This document shows positions 20,679 through 31,941 of a DNA stretch of 64,000 nt, one piece after another; positions within the stretch are counted from its first letter, which is position 1; each line of letters starts with the position of its first letter. The stretch spans positions 416,001 to 480,000 of the forward strand of contig CAXXWS020000002.1 of the NCBI GenBank assembly GCA_963665325.3, written 5' to 3'. The position numbers and the translations under genes are program-made. Source of the DNA: Alphaproteobacteria bacterium (GTDB lineage: Bacteria > Pseudomonadota > Alphaproteobacteria > Bin95). Under the pieces are notes generated by a model that was not told where the DNA came from, did no database searches, and worked only from the letters and a program-made list of their open reading frames with translations.

Positions 20679-21902
20679 TCAGTCGCCGAGGCTTTTCCAG
20701 TCTATCGGCTTTGTCCGGTCCAGGCTGCGGTCCATGGCGGGCATCGGGTATTTTAGGCCGGTGGCGCAGTTGAAGAGGACCGAGCGGGCGCCGGGGTCGA
20801 TTCGGCCCTCCGCCACCGCGCGCTTCCAGGCCGCATAAGTGGCTGCGCCCTCCGGACAGAGCAGCAGGCCCTCCTCGCGCGCCATGTCAGCCTGGGCCTC
20901 CTCGATCTCGCTGTCCGGCACCGCCACCGCATAGCCGCCGCTCTCGCGCACCGCGTCGAGGATGAGGAAATCGCCGAGCGCGGCCGGCACGCGGATGCCC
21001 ATGGCGATGGTCTCCGCGCCTTCCCAGCGCTCGGCATGGCGTTCGCCGCGCTCGAAGGCGCGCACGATGGGCTGGCAGCCTTCCGCCTGCACCGCGATCA
21101 TTTGCGGGCGCTCCGGGCCGATCAGGCCGATAGCTTCCATCTCGGCAAACACCTTCCACATGCCGATAAGCCCGGTGCCGCCGCCCGTGGGATAGAAGAT
21201 CGCGTCCGGCAGGGTCCAGCCGAACTGCTCGCCGAGCTCCAGGCCCATCGTCTTCTTGCCCTCGATCCGGTAGGGCTCCTTCAGCGTCGAGCAGTCGAAC
21301 CAGCCCATCGCTTCCTTGCCTTCGCCCACGAGCTTGCCGCAATCGTCGATATAGCCGTTCACCCGCCAGACCTCCGCGCCCTGCAGCGCGATCTCGCGCA
21401 CATTCACCTCGGGCGTGTCGGCCGGGCAGAACACGAAGGCCTCCATGCCGGCGCGGCGGCAATAGGCCGCGAGCGCCGCCCCGGCATTGCCGTTGGTCGG
21501 CATGGCGATCCGCCGGACGCCGAGCTCCTTCGCCATGGAGACCGCCATCACCAGCCCGCGCGCCTTGAAGGAGCCCGTCGGCAAACGGCCTTCGTCCTTC
21601 ACATAGAGGCCCTCGCCGGCGCGGGGCACCGGCACGAGCGGCGTCATCTCCTCACCGAGGCTCACGACATTCTCAAGCCGGCGCACTGGCAACAGCTCGC
21701 GGTAGCGCCACATGGTCGGAGCGCGCTTCGCCAGCGCGTCCCGCGTCAGGGACGTTGCGGCACCCTCCAGGTCGTAGCGCACCAGCAGCGGCTTGCCGGC
21801 CGCGGACAGGTTGTGCAGCCGGTCGGCCTCCAGCCGCTCGCCCGTGTAGCCGCATTCCAGATGCGTCGCGAAGCTCCGTGTGTCCGGTGCGTGCGCCTGC
21901 AT
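20679..21902 (-). CDS. thrC: Threonine synthase-like PLP enzyme
   Basis: PTGSFKARG, TNGNAG, YRIEGKKTMG, PTGGGTG. Confidence 0.82.
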   Translation of the reverse strand: MQAHAPDTRSFATHLECGYTGERLEADRLHNLSAAGKPLLVRYDLEGAATSLTRDALAKRAPTMWRYRELLPVRRLENVVSLGEEMTPLVPVPRAGEGLYVKDEGRLPTGSFKARGLVMAVSMAKELGVRRIAMPTNGNAGAALAAYCRRAGMEAFVFCPADTPEVNVREIALQGAEVWRVNGYIDDCGKLVGEGKEAMGWFDCSTLKEPYRIEGKKTMGLELGEQFGWTLPDAIFYPTGGGTGLIGMWKVFAEMEAIGLIGPERPQMIAVQAEGCQPIVRAFERGERHAERWEGAETIAMGIRVPAALGDFLILDAVRESGGYAVAVPDSEIEEAQADMAREEGLLLCPEGAATYAAWKRAVAEGRIDPGARSVLFNCATGLKYPMPAMDRSLDRTKPIDWKSLGD

Positions 21903-21973
21903 CGCCCCCTCCCTTGCGCCGATGGCCGAGCATTAGCAGATTCCGGACCCGACGCCACCGGGAGGAATGCCCC

Positions 21974-23431
21974 ATGCGCCTTGGGATCGCCGAGTTCAGC
22001 CTCGAATCCGTGACCTTCCTGCCCGACACCACGGGCATTGACGTCTTCGAGGAGGGCGCGCTGCGGGGCGCAGACGTGATTTCCGGGAACCGGGGCGCCA
22101 ATACCGCACTCGGCGGGTTCATCGACATTTGCGAGGCTGAAGGCGCGGCCATGCAGGGTATCGTCGCGGTCGGCGCGGGCGCGGCGGCGTCGGCCAGCGA
22201 GGAAGCGCTGGCGCGCTACACGGAGGAGATCGTGGCCGGCCTCGACGGTCTCGACGGGCTGCTGATCCATCTCCACGGCGCGCTCGCGACGCCCGCCGAC
22301 CGCAAGGCGGACGCGCATGTGCTGGCGGCGATCCGGGCCGCGCGCGGGCTGGACTTCCCGGTCGCCTGCGCCATGGACCTGCATGGCAATCTCGGGCCGG
22401 AGGTCATCGGGGCTGCCGATGTCGTGACCGGCTACCATTCCAGCCCGCATGTCGATATGGCCGAGACCGGCCGCCGCGCGGCGCGCATCCTGCTGGCGGC
22501 GATACAAGGCCGCGTCCGCCCGGTCATGGCGTTCGCGAAGCCGGGCGTGATGCTGCCCAGCATCTTCACGGCAACCGCGCTCCGCCCGCTCGCCGATATC
22601 AAGCGGCAGGCGGCGGCCTGGCAGGCGCGCGAGGAGGCTCTGCTGGACGTGTCGGTGTTCTGCGGCTTCGCCTATGCCGATACGCCGGACACCGGCATGA
22701 GCATTGTCACCGTGGCGGACGGCGACGAGGCGCTTGCCCGAAGGGCGGCGGACGACCTGTCGGAGCAATGCAGCCTCAACCGCTTCCGGCTGCTCAAGCG
22801 CGAACTGGTGCACAGCGTCGCGGACGGGCTGGAGAAGGCTGCGGCGATGGAGGACGGGCCGGTCTGCCTGCTGGAACATGCCGACCGGATGAACGACAGC
22901 ACCTGGACGCTGCGCGAGATGCTGGCCCGCGACATGGGCCCCGCCTATGCGCCCTTTTTCTGCGACCCGGAGGCGGCGGCCGCCTGCGTCGCCGCGGGGG
23001 CGGGCGCGCGGCTCAGGCTTGCCTTCGGCGGGCGTTCGTCGGAGAAGGCGGGAGGCCCCGTCGAGGCGGAGGTCGAAGTGCTGGAGGCCGGCGAGAAGCG
23101 CTTCCGCATCACCGGCCCGCTCAAGACCGGGACCGAAATCTCGCTCGGTCCCTCCGCGCTCGTCCGCGCCGGGCAAACCGTAGTCTCGCTCGTCTCCGCC
23201 AACTACTCCGCCATCGACCTCGACTGCTTCACCCAATTTGGCCTTTCGCCGGCCGACTTCCGCTACATCCTGCTGCGCTCGAAGACCCATTTCCGCGAGG
23301 TCTACGAGCCGCTGTGCTCGGCCATCGTCATTCTCGACACGCCCGACTGGGGTCCGGCCGACCTCAACCTCTTGCCTTACGAATACGTTCCGCCGGAAAC
23401 CTTCCCGCTCGGCGAGGGATCGGGCCCATAG
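21974..23431 (+). CDS. MlrC/M81 family metallopeptidase
   Basis: LHGAL, MDLHGN, YHSSPHVDM, KTHFR. Confidence 0.88.
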   Translation: MRLGIAEFSLESVTFLPDTTGIDVFEEGALRGADVISGNRGANTALGGFIDICEAEGAAMQGIVAVGAGAAASASEEALARYTEEIVAGLDGLDGLLIHLHGALATPADRKADAHVLAAIRAARGLDFPVACAMDLHGNLGPEVIGAADVVTGYHSSPHVDMAETGRRAARILLAAIQGRVRPVMAFAKPGVMLPSIFTATALRPLADIKRQAAAWQAREEALLDVSVFCGFAYADTPDTGMSIVTVADGDEALARRAADDLSEQCSLNRFRLLKRELVHSVADGLEKAAAMEDGPVCLLEHADRMNDSTWTLREMLARDMGPAYAPFFCDPEAAAACVAAGAGARLRLAFGGRSSEKAGGPVEAEVEVLEAGEKRFRITGPLKTGTEISLGPSALVRAGQTVVSLVSANYSAIDLDCFTQFGLSPADFRYILLRSKTHFREVYEPLCSAIVILDTPDWGPADLNLLPYEYVPPETFPLGEGSGP

Positions 23432-23598
23432 CTGAAGGCCGAAAATCGTTCGCATGTTTTGAGAAATAATTCCGGAAATAGATTGACAACGGAAAAGTCC
23501 GTGCCAATATGGGGCTGGAAGAGGCGGCATCCGCGGGGCCGCTTCGTCACCCGGTTGGCGCCGGCGCGAAAAAAGTTCCGAGAAACAGACAGGAGAAG

Positions 23599-23860
23599 TG
23601 CGCCTGCGCGCGCGCAGGCGCAATCAGGCGCGCGAACCGCGCCGGCGCTAACGGGCGGGCACGGGCGCGCGCGATACGCGCGGAAAAGGGTCGCCCCTGC
23701 CGCGAGCCGGCCGTCGCGAATGAAACAAAATGGGAATAAAGCACGACATGCAGGATGCAGACTGGAGGGGCTTCGGCGAGGCCCGCAGCAAGGGGCGCGG
23801 CGCAGCGGAAGAAGGGACGCGACGCAACGGAACATGACATCGCATGACATTTCATGACAT
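23599..23860. repeat. Structured intergenic element: 24-bp perfect palindrome plus 3x CATGACAT at 10-bp period
   Basis: tgcgcctgcgcg|cgcgcaggcgca at 23599-23622; CATGACAT at 23833, 23843, 23853. Confidence 0.6.
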
Positions 23861-23948
23861 CCCGGTGGAGTGGGCCGGTCTCGCCGTTCTGGCGGGATTC
23901 TGTATGATGGTCTGCTTGGAGCAGTCTTTGCGGGAGAGGAAGCGGGAC

Positions 23949-24980
23949 ATGTTGAAGACACGGTTTGCCGCCGCGTTCCGGCGGTCAGTGCTGGCGCTGC
24001 TGGCGGGAGCGACGGCCGTCGCCGGCACGGCAGTTGCGGCGGACGACAAGATCAAGGTGGGGGCGCTGCGTTTCACCTCCCACTCCGCGAGCTTCATCGC
24101 CTTCGAGAAGGGCTACTTCAAGGAGGCCGGGCTGGACGTCGAGTTCGTATATTTCCAGGCCGCCGCGCCCATGGCCGTCGCCATTGCATCCGGCGACATC
24201 GACTACGGCGTGACCGCCATCACCGGCGGGCTCATCAACCTTGCCGACAAGGACGCCATCAAGATCATCGGCGGGGCGCTGCATGAGGAGGAGGGGATCG
24301 ACGGGTCCGCGATCCTCGTTTCCGATGCGGCGTTCAAGGACGGCGTGACCACACCGGCGAAGCTGGCCGGGCGCAGCTTCGGCATCACCCAGACTGGCTC
24401 TTCCTTCCATTACATGGCGGCGCGCATTGCCGAGAAGGAAGGCATTGCGATGGACCAAATCGCGCTCAAGCCCCTGCAGAAGGTCGGCGCGATCATCGGG
24501 GCGCTCAAGTCCGGCCAGATCGACGCCTGGGCCATCGTGCCGCATATCGCCAAGGCGCTCGCCAAGGGCGGCGCGGTCCACATCATCGGATGGGTCAACG
24601 ACTATGCACCCGACTACCAGGTGACGACGGTGTTCACGTCGGCGGAGAATGCAGCGGAGAAGCAGGATCTGACGAAACGGTTCCTCGCCGCCTTCTCGCG
24701 CGGCGGGGCCGACTTCAACGCGGCGCTGGTGGACAAGACCGCCGGCGAGGAGGTTGCGGAAGAGACGGTCAAGCTCATCCACAAATATGTCTATACCAGC
24801 CGGCCTTACGAGAAGGCTGCGCCGTCGATTCGTAACGGCGCGATGCGGCTCAACGAAGGTGCGAAGCTGAACCTGTCGAGCGTCCAGGCGCAACTCGACT
24901 GGTTCAAGGCCGAAGGGCTGGTCAAGGGCGAGATCGGCATCGACAAGCTGGTGGACGGGAGCTACGTCGAAACCTACTGA
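23949..24980 (+). CDS. ABC transporter substrate-binding protein (NMT1/SsuA/TauA type)
   Basis: Signal peptide; AFEKGYFKEAGLDVE; in operon with ATPase and permease. Confidence 0.9.
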   Translation: MLKTRFAAAFRRSVLALLAGATAVAGTAVAADDKIKVGALRFTSHSASFIAFEKGYFKEAGLDVEFVYFQAAAPMAVAIASGDIDYGVTAITGGLINLADKDAIKIIGGALHEEEGIDGSAILVSDAAFKDGVTTPAKLAGRSFGITQTGSSFHYMAARIAEKEGIAMDQIALKPLQKVGAIIGALKSGQIDAWAIVPHIAKALAKGGAVHIIGWVNDYAPDYQVTTVFTSAENAAEKQDLTKRFLAAFSRGGADFNAALVDKTAGEEVAEETVKLIHKYVYTSRPYEKAAPSIRNGAMRLNEGAKLNLSSVQAQLDWFKAEGLVKGEIGIDKLVDGSYVETY

Positions 24981-25002
24981 CCCGCCGGACGGAGGCCGCG
25001 CG

Positions 25003-25762
<760 letters not shown>

Positions 25763-25770
<8 letters not shown>

Positions 25771-26566
25771 GCCCGAGAGCGGCGGCCGCCCGGTTGCGTT
25801 CCGGGGCGGCGGATTCTCGCCGCGCCGTCTGGGGGCCGTCGGGCCGATGGTTTTCATTGCTGTCATTGCGCTCTGGGAGGCCGGGTGCCGCGCGGGCGTC
25901 ATTCCGCCGCTGGTGTTGCCGGCTCCCTCCGAGGCGCTGGCTGCGCTTGTGTATCTGGTCGAAACGGGCCTGCTCTGGAAGCATCTCGGCGCCTCGCTGC
26001 AGCGGCTCTTGCTCGGCTGGACGCTCGGAACGCTGCTCGGCATCGCAGTCGGCTTTTCCATCGGGCTGTTCTCGCTCGCCCGCGCGGGCCTGGCCCCGGT
26101 GGTCGCCGCCATATTCCCGATCCCGAAGATCGCGCTGCTGCCGCTCTTCGTGATCTGGTTCGGCATAGGCGAGGGGTCGAAGGTGGCGACCATCCTGTTC
26201 GGCACCTTCTTCCCGACGGTGGTCGCGACATACGGCGGCGTGGACAATGTGGACCGCGGGCTGATCCGGATGGGGCAGTCCTTCGGGCTCTCCTGGCTGT
26301 CCATCGTGCGCAAGATCATCCTGCCCGGCGCCCTGCCGGCGATCCTGCCGGGGTTCCGCATTTCGGCCGCCATAGCCATCGTGCTGCTCGTCGCAGCCGA
26401 GATGATCGGCGCCGAGTTCGGGATCGGCGCTTATATCCTGCTGGCCGGCAGCCTCATGGCGATGGACGAACTGCTGGCCGGCGTCGCGGTTCTCTCCGTC
26501 ATGGGGCTGACCGTGAACTGGCTGATCGCGCGGGCCGAGCGCTTCCTGCTCAGGTGGCGGACATGA
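25763..26566 (+). CDS. ABC transporter permease (SsuC/TauC type)
   Basis: PIPKIALLPLFVIWFGIGE, LVAAEMIGA. Confidence 0.93.
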
Positions 26567-26612
26567 GCACCGGCAGTTGACGAGGGACCGTGCCGGGCCT
26601 ATTCGGTCGGCC

Positions 26613-27575
26613 ATGCCCGAGATCGCCCGAGACCTGCTGCGCGAAGCCGCCTCAGAGATCATGACGCGCGCGGCAATCGAAATCCCGCGCGACTACCGCG
26701 ACGGCATTCGCGGCATGCTGGAGCGCGAGCAGCACGAGCTGTCGCGCTTCGTGCTGGAGGCGATGCTGGAGAACTGGGAGGCGGCGGAGGCCGACCGCCG
26801 CGCCATGTGCGCTGACACCGGCGTGCCGCGCTTCTATGTGAAGTCCGGCAACGAGGCGCGGCCGGAAGGCGGGTTCGTCGCGCTGGAGGAGGCCATCCGG
26901 TCTGCCACCGCCGAGGCGACGCGCACCGTGCCGCTGCGTCCGAACCGCGTGCATCCGCTCTGGCGCACCGACCACGACAACAATGTCGGCATCAACGCGC
27001 CGGAGATCGAATACAGCTTCGAGCCGGACGCGGACTGGATCGAGATCACCACCGTCCACAAGGGCGGGCTGTTCGGCACCGACTACCGCATGCTCTTTCC
27101 CGCCGACGGCATCGACGGCATCAAGCGCTTCTTCCTCGACACGCTGGTGCAGTTCGGGCGGCGCGGACTCGCCTGCCAGCCGGCTATCGTCGGCATCGGG
27201 CTCGGCGGGTCGAAGGACACCTCCATGACGCTCGGCAAGCAGGCGGCGTGCCTGCGCCCGGTCGGCGAGCCCAATCCCGATCCCGGCATCGCGAAGCTGG
27301 AGGCGGAGCTCAAGGAGCTCGGCAACAATATCGGCATGGGGCCGATGGGCTTCGTCGGCTCCTCCATGGTGATCGACTGCCATGTCGAGGTCGGCTACAC
27401 GCACACTGGCGGCATGCCGATCAGCGTGCATTGCTTCTGCCTCTCCTCGCGCCGGGCGACGGCGCGGGTCCATGCCGGCGGCGAGGTCGAATATCGCAGC
27501 GACCCACGCTGGTTCACGCCCTATATGCGCCGGGAGACGGTCGGGTGGCAGCAGCCCCTCGCACGCACCGCCTGA
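26613..27575 (+). CDS. Fe-S hydro-lyase alpha subunit (fumarate hydratase/tartrate dehydratase type)
   Basis: MCADTG, LRPN.VHP, CQPAIVGIGLGG, GMGPMG. Confidence 0.88.
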   Translation: MPEIARDLLREAASEIMTRAAIEIPRDYRDGIRGMLEREQHELSRFVLEAMLENWEAAEADRRAMCADTGVPRFYVKSGNEARPEGGFVALEEAIRSATAEATRTVPLRPNRVHPLWRTDHDNNVGINAPEIEYSFEPDADWIEITTVHKGGLFGTDYRMLFPADGIDGIKRFFLDTLVQFGRRGLACQPAIVGIGLGGSKDTSMTLGKQAACLRPVGEPNPDPGIAKLEAELKELGNNIGMGPMGFVGSSMVIDCHVEVGYTHTGGMPISVHCFCLSSRRATARVHAGGEVEYRSDPRWFTPYMRRETVGWQQPLARTA

Positions 27576-28216
27576 GCACCCCGGTCTCGCCGGAGGCGCT
27601 GAAAGAGCTCGCCATCGGCGACATCGTCTATCTTGATGGCGTTATCTATACCGGCCGCGAGGGGCTCTACCGCCGGGTGGTGGACGAGGGCATGGCGCCG
27701 CCGGTCGATCTCAGGGCGCTCAGCAATGTGAACTTCCACTGCTCGCCGGCAGCGAGCGTGCGTGACGACGGCAGCCTGAACCTCGGTGCGGTAACGGCAA
27801 CGGCGAGCTTCCGCTTCTCGCGCTTCATGGAGCGCTTCTTCGAGCTTTCCGGCGCGAAGGTCATCGTGGGCAAGGGCGGCATGTCCGAGGCCGACTACCG
27901 CGACCTCTTCGTGCCGAACGGGGCGGTCTATCTCACCACGGTCGGCTACGGCACGGGCGCGCTGCTCGGGCGCGGCGTTACGCGCGTGCAGGCGGCGCAC
28001 TGGCTGGAGGACCTCGGCATCGCGCAGGCGGTCTGGGTGCTGGAAGTCAGCCGCTTTGGCCCGCTGCTGGTTGAAAGCGACCTCTTGGGCAACAGCCTGT
28101 TCGAGCGCGAGAACCGCGCCACGGCCGCTGCCGTCGAGCGCGCCTATGCCGGTCTCAAGCCGCCCTCCCTCTCCCGCTACGGCGAGACCGTCTCGCGCGG
28201 GGACGAGGTGCTTTAG
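27545..28216 (+). CDS. Fe-S hydro-lyase beta subunit
   Basis: L.IGDIVYLDG.IYTGR, VGKGGM, FGPLLVESDLLGNSLF; GTG start inferred. Confidence 0.88.
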   Translation: MAAAPRTHRLSTPVSPEALKELAIGDIVYLDGVIYTGREGLYRRVVDEGMAPPVDLRALSNVNFHCSPAASVRDDGSLNLGAVTATASFRFSRFMERFFELSGAKVIVGKGGMSEADYRDLFVPNGAVYLTTVGYGTGALLGRGVTRVQAAHWLEDLGIAQAVWVLEVSRFGPLLVESDLLGNSLFERENRATAAAVERAYAGLKPPSLSRYGETVSRGDEVL

Positions 28217-29757
28217 CCCGCCGTGGCAGCTGTCGGTTTGCGGACGAACAGGAGGAGGGGGACGCAGACGAACGCGGTGGCGGCGAAGAAGTAGAAGGCG
28301 TTGACGTATCCGATCATCTGCGCCTGGCGGCCGATCTCGCGGACCAGCGCCGCCATGCCGGCCCCGCCCTCCAGGCTCCACGGCCCTTCCGATGCGGCGC
28401 GGTCGAGGGCGTCATTATAAGGCGTCGCGAAGCTCGAAAGCTCCGAATAGCTCATCTTCGCCGTGTGGATCACCAGCGCCACAGACAGCGAGATGTGGAT
28501 CGACGAGCCGATGTTGCGCATCAGGTGGAAGACCGCCGTGCCTTCGGTCATGTCTCTTGGCGCCAGCGTCCAGAAGGTCGCGATGGACAGCGGCACCCAG
28601 ATCAGCCCGACGCCGAAGCCCTGCAGCATGGAGGTCCAGGCGACGCCGAAGGTGGTTAGATTGATATCGAACTGCGCCATCGCGAGTCCGGAAATGCCCT
28701 GCGTAAGGAAGCCGGCGAGCAGCAGCAGGCGCGGGTCGATCCGCTGGCCGTAGAACATGATGAACAGGAAGCCGCAAAGCGTGCCGAGGCCGCGTATGGC
28801 CAGCAGGTAGCCGATGATGCCGTCCGGATAGCCGCGCAGGCCCTGCAGCAGGGACGGGAACAACACCATGGGCGTGAAGTTGAGCAGGCCGAACACGAAT
28901 GTAAGCGCCAGCCCGATGACGAAGTTACGGTTGGTGAGAATACGCGGCTGCAGGAAGGGCCGGTCGGTCGTGAAGATGTGGGCGACGAACACGTAGAAGG
29001 CGAGGCAGGCGACGAACGCCTCCAGGATGATCTCGTTGTGGTTGAACCAGCCGAGCCGCTCGCCCCGGTCGAGCATCAGCTGCAGCGAGGCGATGGCGAG
29101 CGAGAGCGCGATAAAGCCCGTCCAGTCGAGCGTCGTTGGATGGCGCTGCGCGCGGCGGCGCACGAAGGCCGCGGCACACAGGAACGCGACCATGCCCACC
29201 GGCACCAGCAGGAAGAAGATCCACCGCCAGTTGTAGAGCTCAGTGACATAACCGCCGAGCGTTGGTGCGATGATCGGCCCGATGGTGACGCCGATCCCCC
29301 AGACCGCGAGCGCGGTGCCGTGGCGCTCGCGCGGGAAGATCGTCATCACGATGGCCTGGCTCACGGGCACCAGCGGCGCGCCGGCGAGGCCCTGCAGGAT
29401 ACGGAAGAAGACCAGTTGCTCCAGGCTCTCGGCGAGCCCGCATGCCGCGGAGACCACCGTGAAGATCGCGATACCCCAGACCATCACATTGCGCCGCCCG
29501 ACCTTCTCGGCGAGCCAGCCGGTGGCCGGCGTCATCACGGCCGTGGCGATGATGTTGAAGGTGACCACCCAGGCGATCTCGTCCTGCGTCGCGCCGAATG
29601 TGCCCTGCATCTTGGGCAGCGCGACATTGGCGATCGTCACGGTCATCGCATAGAGCGTGGTGGCGAGCGTCACCGTCACCAGCGTCAGCCAACGCTGAAG
29701 CTCGCTGTATTCCGGCTGCGCGGCGGCAGGGCTCGCAGGGGCGGCGGTGTCGGACAT
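28213..29757 (-). CDS. DHA2 (EmrB/QacA) MFS efflux transporter
   Basis: TIANVALP, FRILQG, IGP.IAP.LGG, WRWIF. Confidence 0.92.
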   Translation of the reverse strand: MSDTAAPASPAAAQPEYSELQRWLTLVTVTLATTLYAMTVTIANVALPKMQGTFGATQDEIAWVVTFNIIATAVMTPATGWLAEKVGRRNVMVWGIAIFTVVSAACGLAESLEQLVFFRILQGLAGAPLVPVSQAIVMTIFPRERHGTALAVWGIGVTIGPIIAPTLGGYVTELYNWRWIFFLLVPVGMVAFLCAAAFVRRRAQRHPTTLDWTGFIALSLAIASLQLMLDRGERLGWFNHNEIILEAFVACLAFYVFVAHIFTTDRPFLQPRILTNRNFVIGLALTFVFGLLNFTPMVLFPSLLQGLRGYPDGIIGYLLAIRGLGTLCGFLFIMFYGQRIDPRLLLLAGFLTQGISGLAMAQFDINLTTFGVAWTSMLQGFGVGLIWVPLSIATFWTLAPRDMTEGTAVFHLMRNIGSSIHISLSVALVIHTAKMSYSELSSFATPYNDALDRAASEGPWSLEGGAGMAALVREIGRQAQMIGYVNAFYFFAATAFVCVPLLLFVRKPTAATAG

Positions 29758-29764
29758 GGGCCGC

Positions 29765-29797
29765 GCGGCTTATACGCCTCGCGCCCGGCGCGCGCTA
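29765..29797 (-). promoter_or_regulatory. 33-bp direct repeat copy 1; sigma70-like promoter (TAGCGC-N17-TATAAG) upstream of the MFS gene
   Basis: gcggcttatacgcctcgcgcccggcgcgcgcta; 32/33 identical to 31087-31119. Confidence 0.65.
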
Positions 29798-29807
29798 CGG
29801 CGGGCGG

Positions 29808-31064
29808 CTACCCTCCGTCGGCGTCCGGCTGCGGGAACTTGTCTTTCAGGAATCGCTCGATCCGGTCGAGCAGCTCGTTAAGGTCTGCCCCGCCCACGCT
29901 CTCCCAGTCCCACCCGGCCAACGCCAGAGCGTCGATAACCTCCTGTTCGTCCAAGTCCGGAAAGAACTCCACAAACTCCTTTGGGCCAACACCGATATGC
30001 AACGTGCCGCCGTCGTCGCCGAAGTCCGGTCGCGCGTACATCAGGAACCGGGTGCGGTTGGCCGGCGGCGCGATTCTCACGGATGCTCGTTGCGGCTGGA
30101 CCGCGAGACCGGCCTTCTCCGCCATCTCCACGAAGCGGTCGAACTGCCTACCGACATCCGCATCGACAGCCCGGCGACGGATTGCTTCAACCGTGAACTT
30201 ACGGCGCGGAGCTGGCGGCTCGGGCACGGATACCTCGATCAGCAACCGGCAATGGTCGCTCGGCCCCCATTCCTCGATGTCGTTGAGCGCCCGCACCGTC
30301 ACTTGTTCGTGGAAGCCGCGCGAGGCGAAGGCGGAATCGAGTTGACCGCTGGCTTTTTCCGGAGATTGCGCACGGGTGTAGTAGGTCGGGATGTTTTTCG
30401 TGCCGGCCGGCTCAGCGGGTTGGGGCATCGCACGGCCGTTCGGCACCTGCGGTCCGAGAAACTCGAAGCCGAGTGCATCGAAGCGATCCCAAACCGTGCG
30501 ATCCGTCCTGTTCCACCCCTGCTCGCAATCCGTCGTCCTGTACCACATGTTCAGGTCGCCTGCGGCGAGAATGCGGTGTCGGGGCGGGTCCACGTCGTCG
30601 ACAAAGACCGACAGGTCCGAGAGGATGCGGTGCGCTGAACGGTCTGCATGAATCCCGGGGCGCTTTCTTCGCGTGGTCGGATGAGCCCTCAGCCATCGTG
30701 CATACATGGATATGGCGATGAATGCTTCTTCCGGTCTGCGGCGGGGCGTTATCCTGGCGGCGGCTAAGGTCCCGATTCCGCTGACGCCGATTTCTCGCTC
30801 GCCCAACTCACTGAACGGCGGAACTTGCCGGAGCCACTCGACCTCAACCCGATCCGACAACTGCACGACCAGCGGCCAGCGGTCGTAGTAGGATCGATCC
30901 CAGAAAATGTCATTCTCACAGCGGAACAGATGCGCGAACTCGTCGGGCGGGCTTCCGGCCTCCTGCAACAGCGCGACATCCGCCTCTTCCCGCTCCGCCA
31001 TCTCCTTCAAACACTTCCAAGGCTCCATTCTCTTGTCGATATTCCAGCAGACAACCCTGACCAT
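29808..31064 (-). CDS. Endonuclease/exonuclease/phosphatase (EEP) family protein with extra C-terminal domain
   Basis: CWNI, LLQEA, AGDLN, QLD.AF, GPSDH. Confidence 0.85.
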   Translation of the reverse strand: MVRVVCWNIDKRMEPWKCLKEMAEREEADVALLQEAGSPPDEFAHLFRCENDIFWDRSYYDRWPLVVQLSDRVEVEWLRQVPPFSELGEREIGVSGIGTLAAARITPRRRPEEAFIAISMYARWLRAHPTTRRKRPGIHADRSAHRILSDLSVFVDDVDPPRHRILAAGDLNMWYRTTDCEQGWNRTDRTVWDRFDALGFEFLGPQVPNGRAMPQPAEPAGTKNIPTYYTRAQSPEKASGQLDSAFASRGFHEQVTVRALNDIEEWGPSDHCRLLIEVSVPEPPAPRRKFTVEAIRRRAVDADVGRQFDRFVEMAEKAGLAVQPQRASVRIAPPANRTRFLMYARPDFGDDGGTLHIGVGPKEFVEFFPDLDEQEVIDALALAGWDWESVGGADLNELLDRIERFLKDKFPQPDADGG

Positions 31065-31086
31065 AGTGCCCCCTCCGCCCGCGCCG

Positions 31087-31119
31087 GCGGCTTATACGCC
31101 TCGCGCCCGGTGCGCGCTA
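31087..31119 (-). promoter_or_regulatory. 33-bp direct repeat copy 2 upstream of the EEP gene
   Basis: gcggcttatacgcctcgcgcccggtgcgcgcta. Confidence 0.65.
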
Positions 31120-31143
31120 TGCTGGCCCGCGAGAGGAGCGGAC

Positions 31144-31941
31144 ATGACCCCGGAATACGAGATCTACGGCCTGCGCTACGGGCGGGAGGATTTCCGCCCG
31201 GAGAGCGAGATGTATATCGACGGCGACCCGGCGATACAGGCGCCCGGCCTCGACTTCTATTTCTGGGTCATCCGGGGCGGCGGGCGCGTCTGGGTGGTCG
31301 ATTGCGGCTATGCGGTGCGTGTCGGCGACCGGCTGGGCCACGACACGCTTTACGACCCGGCAGACGGCCTGCGCCGCCTGGGCATCGACCCCGCCACGGT
31401 TTCGGACGTCATCGTCACCCACTGCCACTACGACCATGTCGGGAATCTGGAAGCCTTCCCGCAGGCCACGTTCCACATTCAGGACCGGGAGATGCTGACC
31501 GTCACCGGACGCGACGTGACCCATCCGGCGCTCAAGATGTACGGCAAGCGCAACGCGCTCACACTGGTGGGGCTGAACTATGACGGGCAGTGCCGTTTCT
31601 ACGACGGCGACGGCGAGCTCGCGCCCGGCCTCTCGCAGATTCTGATCGGCGGCCATTCGCGCGGCCAGATCGCGCTGGAGGTGGCGACGCGGCGCGGGCC
31701 GGTGATCGTCGCCTCGGATGCCGTGCATCTCTATGAGGAGATGGAGCAGGTGCGGCCCTTCCGTGTCTTCTACGACCTGCGGGAAATGCTGGAAGGCTAC
31801 CGGACGCTGCAGGACCGTGCGCTCTCCCGCGACCATCTGATCCCCGGCCACGACCCGGAACTCGTGCGGCGCTTTCCGGCAGCTGCTCCGGAGTTCGCCG
31901 GCGAGATCCTGCGGTTCGACCTGGAGCCGGCACCGGCATGA
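31144..31941 (+). CDS. MBL-fold hydrolase (N-acyl homoserine lactonase-like family)
   Basis: THCHYDHVG, GGHSRG, SDA.H, PGHD. Confidence 0.88.
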   Translation: MTPEYEIYGLRYGREDFRPESEMYIDGDPAIQAPGLDFYFWVIRGGGRVWVVDCGYAVRVGDRLGHDTLYDPADGLRRLGIDPATVSDVIVTHCHYDHVGNLEAFPQATFHIQDREMLTVTGRDVTHPALKMYGKRNALTLVGLNYDGQCRFYDGDGELAPGLSQILIGGHSRGQIALEVATRRGPVIVASDAVHLYEEMEQVRPFRVFYDLREMLEGYRTLQDRALSRDHLIPGHDPELVRRFPAAAPEFAGEILRFDLEPAPA

